Shown here piece after piece: positions 14,051-27,447 of a DNA stretch of 64,000 bases (positions are counted from its first letter, which is position 1; each line of letters starts with the position of its first letter). The translations under genes were made by a program, and so were the position numbers. A model generated the notes under the pieces. It searched no databases. It saw only the letters and a list, made by a program, of their open reading frames with translations, and was not told where the DNA came from. Source of the DNA: Trichoplax adhaerens (Eukaryota > Animalia > Placozoa); NCBI RefSeq assembly GCF_000150275.1, contig NW_002060949.1:2291836-2355835 (forward strand), written 5' to 3'.

Positions 14051-16186
14051 GATGGCGATTCGTCGTTTACTCTATGGAATCCTCGACTGACTGGAGCGAA
14101 ACGATCCGGTACAGTAGTTGCAGTACCGTGCCGTACCGTACCGTATCGTTCCCGAGACCTGGCAGGAATTGTGTATCGCCTACCAATATTGGATAGCAAT
14201 ATACTGTTCAGTACGGCACTATACTTTATAACACATACTATGAAAGATTACGGAGATGGGGAGTGCAACATGCGTTGCACCAAGTAGCTAATTTCAACTC
14301 GATCTATCCATGATAGTCATATTGTATAGAACTGATGCGTTACTTGCGTACACATACAGTGTTTTGACCGCCGATGGAGAAATAATTTCAAAATTTGATT
14401 ACTATAACCCTGTTAAGACTGCTTGAAGTAAACGCAGCACTATATCTACAACAGTACTATCATCGATTTATGGGCATAAAATTGAAAATATTAATATTGA
14501 TTCCATTTCTGCAGAAATCATTCTACGGTGCTGCATGCTGCAACACAATCTGCGCTATTTTAATATTATTATTGTTTATTAATTGAATATTTAGTTGGTT
14601 GACTTTTTCCTAATCTAGCAGGGATCAACCATAATGTAAGGCCCCGAACACCTAGCGTAGCTTTGGCCAGGGTTTAACAATTAATTGAAGATTTATGGAT
14701 GACCAAGCTCTATTACTTTATTACAGTGTGAGACAAATAGTGAAAATCAACACCAAATGGTTAACTATGCGAGTACTGTATACGCGCATTTTCACCAACG
14801 CTGAGCCAATAGTACCGATAAACGCCTTTTTCTAGCCTAAATTGAATATTCTAGTTATAAATGAAATAAACAATAAATCTAAGAAATAAGTTAATTAAAA
14901 ACATTTTACCTTCAACTACCTAAATGTCAGTCTTATCATCATTATACACAGTACAGTGCTATATTCAGTCAGCAATCCACAAAAACATTTATCGCTAGAA
15001 GTTAGGAGTAAACTTTTACGAAAGTAAATCAAACCCAAATCAAAGTATAGCAATGCTCTATACTATCTCATTCATTGTCTCCATCTATAATCCGTTAACG
15101 TCTATACGGACATACACATCCTGTAAATAAAATCACATTCAATTCAATCAAAGTATTCACAGCTTTAGGAGTGTAATATTTGATCCATGTTTTTATTAAT
15201 TAATTGTCTAACACGAAGAGTGATATAGAGAATAACTTCTTGCATTTAATATTGATGCGTTAACAAAATATTTACGCATTACATATCTTGTTCATCAGTC
15301 GCGAACAAATAACAAATGTCAATAGAATGGCAATTTTACAAGCTGCACAAACAGTATGGGAGATTAATTTCAAGTATACGCCTAATGATTGTACCATAGC
15401 TAGAAGTACAATTTGAATATGGCCAATAATAAGGTATTCATTTAATTAAAACGGAATTTTTGAACTATAGGCAGTCTTGTTGCTAAGACCAATTAATGCT
15501 AATTTGTTGTCAATCAGTATCAGTAACAACTTCCTCTTCTATAATGGAAGACAGTATAAAACCTGATGATTTAAAGCAATCGTATAATGCCCATAACTAA
15601 TTTATCGAGCATCGTTTCGAGCTTTTTACAAAAGAATTTAAAACATTTTACAATCACTCATAACAGTTCTAGCATTTCTAGCATTCGCTATGATAGCAAT
15701 AAGAATTTTTGTTCTCAAACGATTATGTCGGTAAACGAGATAATTAAATAACGTGCAATACTTTCAATAACATTCGTGGTAAGAAAAGAATTCTCGCAGT
15801 ACAGCACAATATAGTTAGGTTTATACAGTAAAAAGTATTATATTAATTTTTTTATCAGTATTATAGGTAGAAAATTACTTTTCGTAACTTTATCTTTAGC
15901 ATACCCAAATACCACAGTAGGGCTATAAGGACATAATCTATTCAGGTAATCGGTTGAATCTTAGTGAAATAATTTCATGACATAGAGCATGGAAACATAA
16001 AATATAAATAATCATAGATTAATAAAGTATTAAGGATAAAATGAACGATTCCTTGTCCAACAAATACACCTAGGTGCCCTATCGCCAAATCTGCATTATA
16101 TGCATACCATCAAAAAATTACAAAACGAACAAAGTTGTAATATTGACGTTAATACCAGATGATGAATAACCTACCATACAAATACA

Positions 16187-19100
16187 TTAATACAAAGTAA
16201 TTCCTGATGCTTTCATACTTGATTGCAGAATATCAATATACGAAAATATTTTTAAAGCCGGTCCTAATTTTAGTCCCAAGGCCGATATAACGTCTGATCT
16301 ATTTAACAGGAAAAGTGCTTTGCCATCAATCTCCTGCAATAAATAATAAAAAAAAATTATAATCAGTTGTTGTGCGGTAAATTTATCATAATAAGTGAAT
16401 TCTGATTAAAGTAAAAGCAGCTTAATGTGCGCGATAACCTGAACTAAAAATACATGGCTAAATTCAGCAAAACCGAGCTTTTGAAAAACTAATGCTACAT
16501 CGGACACTTTCCATTCCAGCGGATTGGGAAGATCCTAATTTATAACCGTAGATAAAATTCAGTTGATTGTAACCTATGTTGTACTAATATTGTCAGCATA
16601 TTTTAAGTTATATCTTCAAAACCTGTATTGCATCAGTTAATTTTTCAATAATTCGTCTTGATATGAGTTTCTTTGATTTATACATAGCCGAGGGGGATGA
16701 TTCGGTACAATACCCACCATTTGTTGCATTGCCTAATAGGGTAAAGTGTGAATTAGTAGCCGGAAAGAAGTAAATTATTCTCTGGTAAATGGATATCGGT
16801 GCTAATGTTGAAAACATTTACCGTAGTTTGATACATTATTATAAGAAGTCGATAAACCGCTTTCTTCGTAAGTATCATCACGACGACAACAATGACAGAT
16901 CCATTGACCTATTTTCAAGACATACGCTTTCATTACTATGAATACAGAGAAAATTTATCGATATAATGAGTTCAATTTTAATCGCTAGAATTAATGTAAT
17001 AAAAAAATGAACAATACCTTTCGGAGTTTCAGATAGCGGAGGATCTGTACATTCCATATGACAACCTTTATCACAGGCATCGCACAACAAAAGGCTATCC
17101 TATATTTAAAAGTATAACGTCATTTTCACGCTAGTGTCTATATGTTATATGCGTATATACAGTTCTACCATGCGCGACTACTGTACCATTATAGAGCCTA
17201 ATGGAAATGATCAATTTGTAACTTATACTAACCGGACGACCAGCTTCTTGACAAACAAAACAAATTTTACAATCATTGCATTGCCATTTATCTGAGGCTA
17301 ATATTTTGGTAATTAGGTGATAGTTGTATCCTAAGCAAGATGGATGTACTATAAAGCAATAACAGAAATGTTCCCCCGCAAAAATTAGCATTGACAGACT
17401 GATTAACAATTTTAGACAACGATTGAATTGGCTCAGGTCAATGTATCCATCACTTATCTCTGTAGTGATAAAAAAAATTTCACGAAGAATAGATTTAAAA
17501 TGAACTACTATTATACTGAATACCTTTTCTTCTACAATCGGAGCAAAATATAATCACGTCACCCTGATCATCAAGAATAGGACTAGAAACTTGTAGACAT
17601 AAATAACATTTGTCGCCTTGGTCTTGGTTACTGATTTGAACATTCTTATTAATAATATTGGCCGCTTGCTAATGCGAAATATAAAGAATTTCCCGTATTA
17701 GAATAGGATTGCAACTCTTATTATTCTTATTATCCAGAATACATATCACAAATTTTGAGTTGTCCTTGGTATTTTAGTTGAGTACGATCAGGTATGTATT
17801 GCAGTATTTTGCAACATGTAGAAAATTATTCAATACTAAATTACCGTCATAGTTGAGGAAAAATTGTCGTTGTTATGCTCACCTTTTCAATTATAACATA
17901 ACGATTATCTTTATTTTTCATAACTAGTTTGTTTTGGATTGCTTGATCGAGTGATCGGCGTATATAGCGAGCTAAGAGAGCACCAGAATGCTCATTTGAA
18001 ACTTCTTTCACAATTTCCTTAAAAAATACTCCTGATGGATTATTAGCTATAAAAGTTAAAACCAAATCATCCAATTCCTGATAATTGATTAAGGAACCAT
18101 GGATTGACAAATTCTACGAGCCAAATTTATGATGAGAGGAGAAGGAAAAAAAAAAAAATAATAAAATTAAAACCGGTTTCAGTTCAATTGAATGGAAAGA
18201 TACCGTTTAATAAACTATATTGTAAAGAGTAACAAGGTTGCATTGCCGATGTAATGGTCAAAGTACTAGGGTCGTAAGTTATAGACGTTTTCATATTTGC
18301 AAGAGGTGATAGGGTGCTAGATTGAACATGCAATTTTCTAACTGCTAACTTTGTTTTATGAAGCAATTTGAATAAGGCAATGACATCATAAAGATGTCAA
18401 TCTCTACTCTACTCTACTACTATCATGGACCGACTGTATGTTGTTTTTGCCTTTTATTTTAATTTCATTTCATCGTTATTTTTCTGCGTTGTCTATTTTA
18501 TTTCACACTCTGACCACTGCACGACATTATGAATTCATTGTCTTGACTACTTTTTTGTCCTCTTTCCACGATATCATGCTAATACTGCAAGGGTAGACAA
18601 GTGTATAAGATAGAGAGAAATGGTAGACTAGATAGAAAATGGACAACAATACTTGTAAAAATGTAGACAGCATTTGCAGGATTGTTTGAACCCTTCTCGA
18701 CACCATTTTTAGGCAACAATGAATAGAATAGAAGATTGAATGTATTCCTTGTACCGTCTACTACGGTAGACTAGTGTACAAGATCGAAATGGTGGACTAA
18801 ATGAGAGTATGGACAACAATGCTAGTGAAAATGGAGACAGCATTTGCAGGATTGTTGGAAGCCTTCTCGGTGGCATTTTTAGGCAACAATGAATAGAATA
18901 GAAGATTGAATGTATTCCTTGTCTCGTCTACTTTAGTCAAGTGAGAATGAAAGCAATGTTGGACTTACCAAGGTACTGACAACTTCTGGATTAATCCTAT
19001 AATACAATTTGTCAATTTTTTGTATTTTGCCGCTATTAATCGCTCTTTTCAAAGCCATTTTAACGTGCTTACGTAATAGTACACCTTGATAATGGCTTGA

Positions 19101-19637
19101 TATATATTTCTCAATGGATCTTAAGTGAACCCCCACATCAGGATTGGGACAAGAAACCAAGCAATTGTAGATCATTCGAGTTAATTCCGCGGTATTAATA
19201 ACATATCCTTTACGACGTAAATTGCTACTAGCGACATTGTCGTGATTGTTGCTACTATGATGATGTTCATAACTTTTACTACTCGCTTTGGGATTGGGGG
19301 GTCGATCATTGTTGGCTGATGATGATGATCTTTTCTTCCTAGGCTTAATACGATTGGCTATACGATATTTAACTCCACCACTACGGCTGCTATCTTTGCG
19401 TATTTTACCATCAGCTACTAATTTGGATAAAATTTTAATTGTTGTCTGTGCGGGTATTCGAAATCGCTTCTGTAACATCTTAATAATATTGTCGTCATCG
19501 GCGCGGGCTTTTCTCTTGACTAAAGTGGTAATTGCTTCTTCAATGCAATTTTTCACTTCACTAAATGTCAAATTACTTATAAGGTTGCTATTAGGCGTTG
19601 ATTTCCTCTCTTCCATGTTACTGGCTATGGTGGCCAT
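16187..19637 (-). CDS. SAMD1/atherin-like chromatin protein: SAMD1-type winged helix + H15-like WH + third WH + double PHD finger + C-terminal SAM (multi-exon)
   Basis: Exon 1 (19637-18969): WH1 [20 protein letters not shown]...YRIA and H15-like [15 protein letters not shown]...[14 protein letters not shown]. Exon ~18113-17883: third WH-like domain. Exons ~17670-16880: CYLC...CSDCRRKVHPSCL...[12 protein letters not shown]...[32 protein letters not shown]. Last two exons: [60 protein letters not shown]. Confidence 0.88.
18590..18932. repeat. ~170-bp tandem duplication in intron 1 of the SAMD1-like gene
   Basis: ggacaacaat...agacagcatttgcaggattgtt...catttttaggcaacaatgaatagaatagaagattgaatgtattccttgt occurs at ~18641 and ~18811. 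Confidence 0.9.
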
Positions 19638-19839
19638 GTTGATGTTAGTGGCAGTTTCAATGTTTCAATGAAAATCTTTTTCTCTTTTTTTTTACCTTTC
19701 GTCTCTCTTGATGGTGTCCACCACTACTGTGTCACAGTAGGTCCAAATACCACTGGATTGAGTACACCACTAGTCAACACTATGGACAAGAGCGGCCACT
19801 TCAGAATGAAAAAGTTCCTGCAAGCCGTATCCATATATA

Positions 19840-20345
19840 CGCCGTACAGTCCAGTAGACAGTCGTTGTCTTGCGCTCTAGCTCGGAACGTCCAGTACCGT
19901 CGTGTGAAAACAGCTGTGCTATGGCGTCCAGTACCGTACCGTACTGTCCATGACAGGACAATGTATACAGTAATGGACCGTATTGTACCGCAGATATCTT
20001 ATCTGGTACAGTACCGTACTGTACGGTGGTACTGATACAGCCAATGGTATTGTACTGGACGGTCCTGGACAGAGCGTGCGCAGTATAACCATCGGCCAGG
20101 AAATTTGCCTAGCTTATTCGGTACAGTACTGTACTGTACGGTGTCAGCCAGTTCTCAGTACAGTACTCAAATTGAATATACTGTACAGTACATACTGTAC
20201 ACTCTACAGATAGATCAAGGAATTATTCAGCTTTATATTCGTACCATTTTTTTGTTGACTCTGGTGAAATTTTTTTTGGCACCTTAAAAGACTAACGTAC
20301 AGTACTGTACAGTGTGAAAAGAAAAGATTGACAATCTACTGTACC
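19840..20345. promoter_or_regulatory. TACAG/CTGTA/TACCG pentamer-rich island upstream of the SAMD1-like gene
   Basis: Dense gtacagta, tactgtac and gtaccgta words 200-700 bp upstream of the ATG at 19637. The regulatory role is inferred from position only. Confidence 0.5.
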
Positions 20346-20792
20346 GTAAAAACAGCTAAAGATGTGTAAAATGAAATGTCAACATTTTCACCATCATCAT
20401 ATCAAGATGACATACTGGAGCAGTAAGATGACATACTCTTTGGCATACTATTGTTATCACCGCGTCTGTCTGGACATTCTGTCTGTTGTTATCGTTTTCC
20501 CTATCATTCCAGTATCACATGTACAGTTCTACACACACTATACTGTACACTTCTGTAAAAGCACTCCAGTACTACGGCACTCATTTCTAGTAGTACACTA
20601 CACTACAGTACAGCATGAAATCTGTAGTAGTTCATGGTAAAAGGGACGTAGCTACTTCGGATGATGATGCAAATCGGATCAAAATTTCCCACTGCCCTTT
20701 CTATTTTTCAGAGTCAAAGCTGTTCAGCTTGCACATCAAGACTTCCAATTTAGCTTCCACCATCAATTCATGATTGCTTATTAGCTAAGTAC

Positions 20793-21360
20793 GTCAGTTG
20801 ATGCATGATGTCAGTGGAGCTATCATGATGAAAGCTGATGTACACATTCGTTGATGCAGCATACCAGTTGAGCTATCATGGTCAAAGCTAATGTACACAT
20901 CAGTTGATGCAGGATGTCAGTTAAGCTATCATGGTCAAAGCTGATGTATACATTAGTGGATGCATGATGTCAGTGAATAAGCTATCATGGCGAAAGCTGA
21001 CGTACTCATTAGTGGATGCATGATGTCAGTGAATAAGCTATCATGGTCAAAGCTGATGTACATTAGTCGATGCAGGATGTCAGTGAATAAGCTATCATGG
21101 CGAAAGCTGATGTACTCATTAGTGGATGCATGATGTCAGTGAATAAGCTATCATGGTCAAAGCTGATGTACATTAGTCGATGCAGGATGTCAGTGAATAA
21201 GCTATCATGGTCAAAGCTGATGTACATTAGTCGATGCAGGATGTCAGTGAATAAGCTATCATGGTCAAAGCTGATGTACATTAGTCGATGCAGGATGTCA
21301 GTGAATAAGCTATCATGGCGAAAGCTGATGTACACATTAGTGGATGCAGAATGTCAGCTA
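20793..21360. repeat. 54/56-bp minisatellite, about 10 copies
   Basis: Unit tagtcgatgcaggatgtcagtgaataagctatcatggtcaaagctgatgtacat. Unit starts at 20954, 21010, 21064, 21120, 21174, 21228, 21282 and 21338, with degenerate units at the edges. Confidence 0.97.
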
Positions 21361-21803
21361 ACCTATTATGCTGAAAGCGTAATGCATTTTAATTGACGTC
21401 TGGCCATTCTGGGCCACAGTAGGATACTGAACAGCTTTGATCATTATGGAAGAATAATTACACAATATGCATTATTGTCGTACATAGCACCACTACACAA
21501 CAGTGTTGTATGGGCGTGAGCCATACTGCAGCCCCTTATTAGGCCTTTCAATTGGGCTAAAATTTTACGAATACAGATCACTATAACCTTGAGCAATTGC
21601 CACCTGATATTTTTTCTAAATTTGGACTGCATTATTGACTTAGTTGATCTCTTTGCAATTTCCAATACAAACCATACGTATACGTTCAATTCATCCCAAG
21701 TCGCCATGAAATAGTGGTCGAAAATGTCATCATAAAACCAACCAAAACCAGTCAAAGTCTGCAGCATTGTACTGGAAGTCAGTACGTCCGTGGCAGGCGC
21801 GTC

Positions 21804-21810
21804 TATAAAT
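21804..21810 (+). promoter_or_regulatory. Candidate TATA box of the GST gene
   Basis: TATAAAT in a GC-richer context about 80 bp upstream of the GST ATG at 21885. Confidence 0.45.
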
Positions 21811-21884
21811 ATTGTGGTGCGTCATCGGAAAGTTTCTTACGCACCACAAGTCGCCTGATCTTGCCAACGGAGAAAGAAGGAAAA

Positions 21885-23238
21885 ATGTCGAGCATTGATT
21901 TTTATGGCCATCTTGCATCGCAGCCATGTCGCGCTGTGCAATTATTTATGAAAGCCAACAACATCCCTTTCAATTTTCACCTCATCGATTTAACCAAAGG
22001 TAGGGATAGACTTAGGCACGCGGTATAGTAGACTGAAGGCAATTGTACAATGTACAGTATAGTAATAACACGGCATTATTAAATAAAGACTTCCAGGCTG
22101 TTTTTATCTACTTTTGGGGGGATGTTCATTGTCCATAAATTAACAAAAGTACAGCACTATAATCCCCAATAGCAAACAAGATTCTATAATATTGTTGTTG
22201 TTAACATGTATGATGGCAATGTTGTTGCGATTGGGGAAGCAATGTTTGCATTACATAAACTTATTAAACTTATTGTTGTTAATACAACGTTACCAACACT
22301 GTTTGTGAAAATGTAAAACTTGACTGTGATGCTGTTCTGCATCTGCGTAGGCGAACAAACTAAAGAAGACTTTCAAAAAGTTAACCCTATGGGGAAAGTT
22401 CCAGCCATTAAGGATGGAGATTTTTGTCTTGCAGAGGGGTAAGTACTAAAATAGTACAGTAACCTAAATTGATAGACTTTGAGCTTCAGTAATCGACGAG
22501 AAAGTCCCTTAACTGTTACGCCCATAGTCTTCAAGTCAGACACGATCGAGTGGTTAGTTACTGTTAACTTACTAGTGATATTCGTATCGTAGGTAACTTT
22601 TATTCGGTAATTACCCATTATTCATCAATTTAGTAATCAATATATTATATATATATATATAATTACCTAGTATAGCCATTGTTCAGTATTTGGCCGCTAA
22701 ATATTCTACGCCCGATCACTGGTATCCTAAAGACGCTGCAGCAAAAGCAAGAGTAAATGAGTACTTAAACTGGCATCACAGCAATACTAGAGGTGGTGCT
22801 ACCGGTGTATTCTTCAATGCCGTAAGTACTAGTTTTGCGATTGATCAATCATCTATACTTTTGAAATAGGCAGCCTATAAGTGTGAATTTTGACCCCATT
22901 AGGTGATCTTACACCAGATAAGGAAGCAACCCAGAAATGAAGCTGCTATAAAGGAAGCCAAAGGAAAATTAACTGTAGCCCTCGATCTGTTCGAGAACTA
23001 CTTCGTTAAGGATCGTCTATTCATTGGCGGTAGTGAAATTTGTATTGCTGATTTGTTCGCGGTTTGTGAGTTTACTCAGTTAGACCAAATCGGTATTGAT
23101 GTTGGCAAGAATAGAGCCAACGTCAAGGCATGGAAAGACCGAGTTAGTGCACAGTTAGGAGCACATTTCGTAGAAGCCCACGAGGTTATAATTAATTTTG
23201 CTAAAAGTGCAAACTTTGCTCCTGAACCGTTTGAATAA
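21885..23238 (+). CDS. GSTT: Glutathione S-transferase, theta class, 4 exons (~21885-21999, 22351-22438, 22671-22821, 22903-23238)
   Basis: MSSIDFYGHLASQPCRAV (catalytic Ser motif SQPC), NPMGKVPAIKDGDF, PDHWYPKD...ARVNEYLNWHH, FIGGSEICIADLFAVCE. Confidence 0.93.
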
Positions 23239-24366
23239 TTTAGCTACGGTGCCTTACTTTGTGCCATGGCTAAATCTGCAGAATGAAAGACTGTTTCAAT
23301 GTTAATGGAGTTCAAGAAGTGTGTTAGTCTGTATCTTTACTGAGTCTTAATGTTATGTCTTTCTTTTGACAGTCTGTCAAAGTATAACTGTAGCTACTGT
23401 GTCACTACTACGATATCGACATATATCAATAAAAGTATTTAGCTGAATTCTTGAATTGTGCATGTATCGGTATGATACAAAGATTTGTGCATAGTCTTAT
23501 TACAACGAAATGACTTCTTGACAACAATTTCAGCTTGCAGATACACATTCTAGTTCCTACTAGCTCGCAAGTCGCCATCTTACTGACGATTTGCAAGATT
23601 GACATGAACAATCCAACTGTATTATACCTGAATCAGTTAACGCAGCCCAATACAGTATAACTCTACAGCACGAGTACACTAATGCATATCCTACCGAATT
23701 GTCACGGCATCAATTTATACTTATGTCGGTTACATGGCAATTTCAATTGATCTCACAGCGGACAAATACGTAAACGCACGATGTCCTTCGAAACAAGACT
23801 AGAGCTATCATGATGCAATTATTACTAATCTTACGCTAAGAATTTCATTGCATCAAAATTCAAACTACCGTAATGAACGGAACATCATAACTTGACTTAC
23901 TACTCCTAATGAATTATGTAGAATTGTTTATATACAGTATATTTATTACTATCACTAGGGAACAATCTGGATACTGGAATTATGTAACGCTTATCGATTA
24001 ATCTTCCCTACGTATAATTCTATATACTGTACTGTCCATTGCACCTTAATACTGGAGCGGGGGTTGCTTAGCCTTATCGATTCATTAATCTACATACCGT
24101 CTATCGCACAAAAGATTAATCTTACCATGGCACCCTGTAATTTTGCTAAGAATTTCGTATAGCAAAGTCATTCGATAGTGTACTAGTGTATGGATGGATA
24201 TCCAATGATCAATTTACTGCAAAAGCAGACTAGGGATCATTTGATCACCTTTGCTTCGTCTTCATTCTGCACAATTGGCCTTGCACGACATCTGGGCGTC
24301 TGGACGTCTGGACGTCATCGGTATCCGAGGACACTTTACAGTCCGTAGCTACCGGAGCTTGCAAAC

Positions 24367-27300
24367 ATGGCAGGGCAAAATTTTAGAACTTTCTTTCAAT
24401 TTCCATCGTTAAATTCGGTCCAGTGGTATCCTGGTCATATGGCTAAAGGTAAACTGGAATGTCTATCGTTAGAAAAGATAACAGCAAAGCCAACTTCTAT
24501 AAATACTTCATTACAGAAGAAATATTCCTATGCATTAATAACGCCTAACTGAATTCTAAGTTGAAAACATCTTCCTACTGTACTCTAGCTTTCGACATGC
24601 TTGACCCTAACATTCTTGAAAATGTGCAATCTATCTGTCACATCTCTTTATCAATAGTCTTTTAATAGGAAAATCATGAAAGAATAGTTATTAAAGCGAT
24701 GCAAGTCTACTAAACCATGAAACTTTGATTAATCTGTAGCAAAGTAGATGTATTTTATGCTTATTACGAAATGATATCACGTTCTTAATATCAGACTTTT
24801 TAACTCTACCTTGTAGGCATGCACAAAATGCAAGCTGTTTTAGTTCGATGCGATTGCGTCCTAGAAGTGCGAGATGCTAGGGTAAACGAACTATCTGTGT
24901 ACTATTGTGTTTCATTTAATCTAGGATGGGTAGCTATTGCAGCCATTTATTAAGATAGTGTCGAATAAATTATGATGATTATGGAATCATAACAATGTCT
25001 ACGATGATGATGAATTAGGCGTGTTGTTGATTCATATAGTACAGTATATACTATACAAAATCGAATTGCATTTTCTTAACGTACATTTCATACTTCTGCA
25101 ATGGTATTCTAGATTCCATTCTCCAGTAGAAATGAAAAATTTTCCAGAATCTTAGCTGGTAGACCTCGAGTCCTAATTTTAAATAAAGCTGACCTAAGTG
25201 CCAAAAACACCAGAAAGGTTTCATATCGTACCCTTCTCGTCTCAAATAAGATAGCTGTTTCTTTTGCACCAGCTCTTTGTAAAAGTGCTGTGCTATAATT
25301 GTTAATTAATACTAAGCAGATATTATTATATCTTTCAATACACGCCTTATTTTATTCTAGCTTTAGTGATATCTACAGCTCTTAATCATTATTATACGCA
25401 ATGCTTGCTGATTAATTTATAGATGACGAACTTCCTGACCTGATTTGCTATCATTGATTGTCTTGCATCTATTTTTAGCAAATTGTAGAACGATTAGGAA
25501 AGCACGAAATCATTTTTACTAATAGTGCCAAGCAATATCATCCATCCATACGCCAAGTATACGATTTCGCTACTAGCTATGCGAACTGTAATATCGTAAT
25601 GATCAATTCACATTTAATTAAAAATTCTCTCTTTCAGATCATACCTGCAGCATTGCGCAGTATGAATGAGCATGGCATCAGTTCGGATAACAAGAAGGTC
25701 GGTATCATCCATATTCAAGATTTGTAATCCGTAGCTTACATAGATGTGCTCGTAAAACTAATTTAGATGTTATTAGTTTCTGACGGCACATTACTTTCTA
25801 CTGTAATCAGCATATTTATTCCTACCTGAATCATTTTAGGGATTCTTTAGGATTATGGTTATAGGACTACCTAATGTGGGTAAATCGTCCGTTATTAACG
25901 CAATTCGTCGTATTAGGAAAAATAAAGGTACAGCAATTCCTTGATACGTTTGAAATATCTACTGCAGTGATCATCATTTACCTAAATTATTAAAATCATC
26001 GTTAAAGGGAACGCTGCACATGTTGGCGGAGTCCCAGGTATTACCCGTGCGGTTCAGACCAATATAGAGGTTTGTTTAAACAGAGAGTACGAGTATATGG
26101 TATGGTAAAGGTATTGTTACTATGGTACTTACGTATTAGTATCATCAAAATCCTAGGTATGCAGTAATCCGAAAACATTCCTTGTAGATACACCAGGTAT
26201 CATTTTCAATTAAAACTAATTCATGTTTGTTGTACAATTTTGATAAATTTCTAACTTAATTTAAAATACAGCACTGATAGCTATATATATTGAATTCTAT
26301 TTTGATTTTGCGATAAAATTACAGGTATTATGCCTACCTATGTCCGAGACGTTGAAGTTGGTTTTAAGTTAGCTTTAGTAGGTTGGTCATTAATAATAAT
26401 GATAGCAAACACTGTAATAGCTAAAGGTATTAAAATGTTAGATACTTGTAATTATTGCCATGCATTATTCACTAATAAATGTATCGGAATGACTTTACGA
26501 AAGGAACGATAAAAGATCACCTAATTGGTGAAGAACATATAGCGGATTACTTATTATTTACACTGAATCGTCAAAAGCAGTTTAGGTACATAATCCATTA
26601 TACGAGTATCTGTTATTAATAGTTGCTAACAGGAAATTCGATAAGCAATTGATTATAATTACCTACATATTAGACGTTGTTACAGCATTTATACTAGAGT
26701 AAGTGTTTAATGTAATTATTTACCCTACCTAGTTATGTCGAGTACTTTGGATTAGATGACTGTACTGATGATATAGATCAACTTCTGGTGCATATTGGTC
26801 ATAAAATGGGTGCCTTAAGGAAAGGTTAGTACAGATATCAATAGCTCGTATACTAATCGACAACGTATAGATTTTTTTGAAAAATTTAACTTGTGGATAT
26901 ACGTACACCAAAACCTTCAATATCTAACTATTATGCGTAGTGTAAAGTTACATCATGATGCCAATCCACCATCTATTTATAGCCTTACTGATTAGATTGA
27001 ATGTTTAATACAATATTACCCATTATAATTTTAATCAATCATAGTATTAGACTGAATCGGAGTTCTACTTTAATCGATGATAATTAACTAATCAATAAAT
27101 GAATTTGCAGTAACCAAAAGTATTCTATAGCGCTTTTGGTTTTACATTTAATCGCAGTACATCATCTACTTTATCGAAACCTAAGATCCGTAACTCTGTA
27201 ATTAGGGTTATACTGTAAATAAAGATTACTGTAATATCAGTATAAGAACCACAATACAATTATGCACCAAAGCATTAACAGTAATATTGTGTTTTGTAAT

Positions 27301-27447
27301 ATTACTGTTAAATACTGTATTTTAAATTATTGCTTTCGCTTAGGCGGTGTCCTCGATTTGAAACAGGCTGCAACAAGATTCCTGACTAAATTCCGTCATG
27401 GACATCTCGGAACAATCTTATTAGATAAGATACACAAGACCACGTGA
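24367..27447 (+). CDS. MTG1: Mitochondrial ribosome-associated GTPase 1 (RbgA/YlqF family), about 12 exons
   Basis: WYPGHMAKG, LEVRDARIPFSSRN, LNKADL (G4), GLPNVGKSSVIN (G1), PGITRAV (G2), LVDTPGI (G3), LALVGTIKD, FRHGHLG. The circularly permuted GTPase motif order is preserved across GT-AG exons. Confidence 0.95.

Noticed and set aside
19288-19671. Plus-strand ORFs at 19288-19671, 29544-29939 and 56406-56705
   Set aside because: Antisense shadows of real exons.
21063-21396. Repetitive ORFs on both strands
   Set aside because: Artefact of the 54-bp unit being a multiple of 3. The frame breaks at the 56-bp units. It is also not a CRISPR array, as there are no unique spacers.
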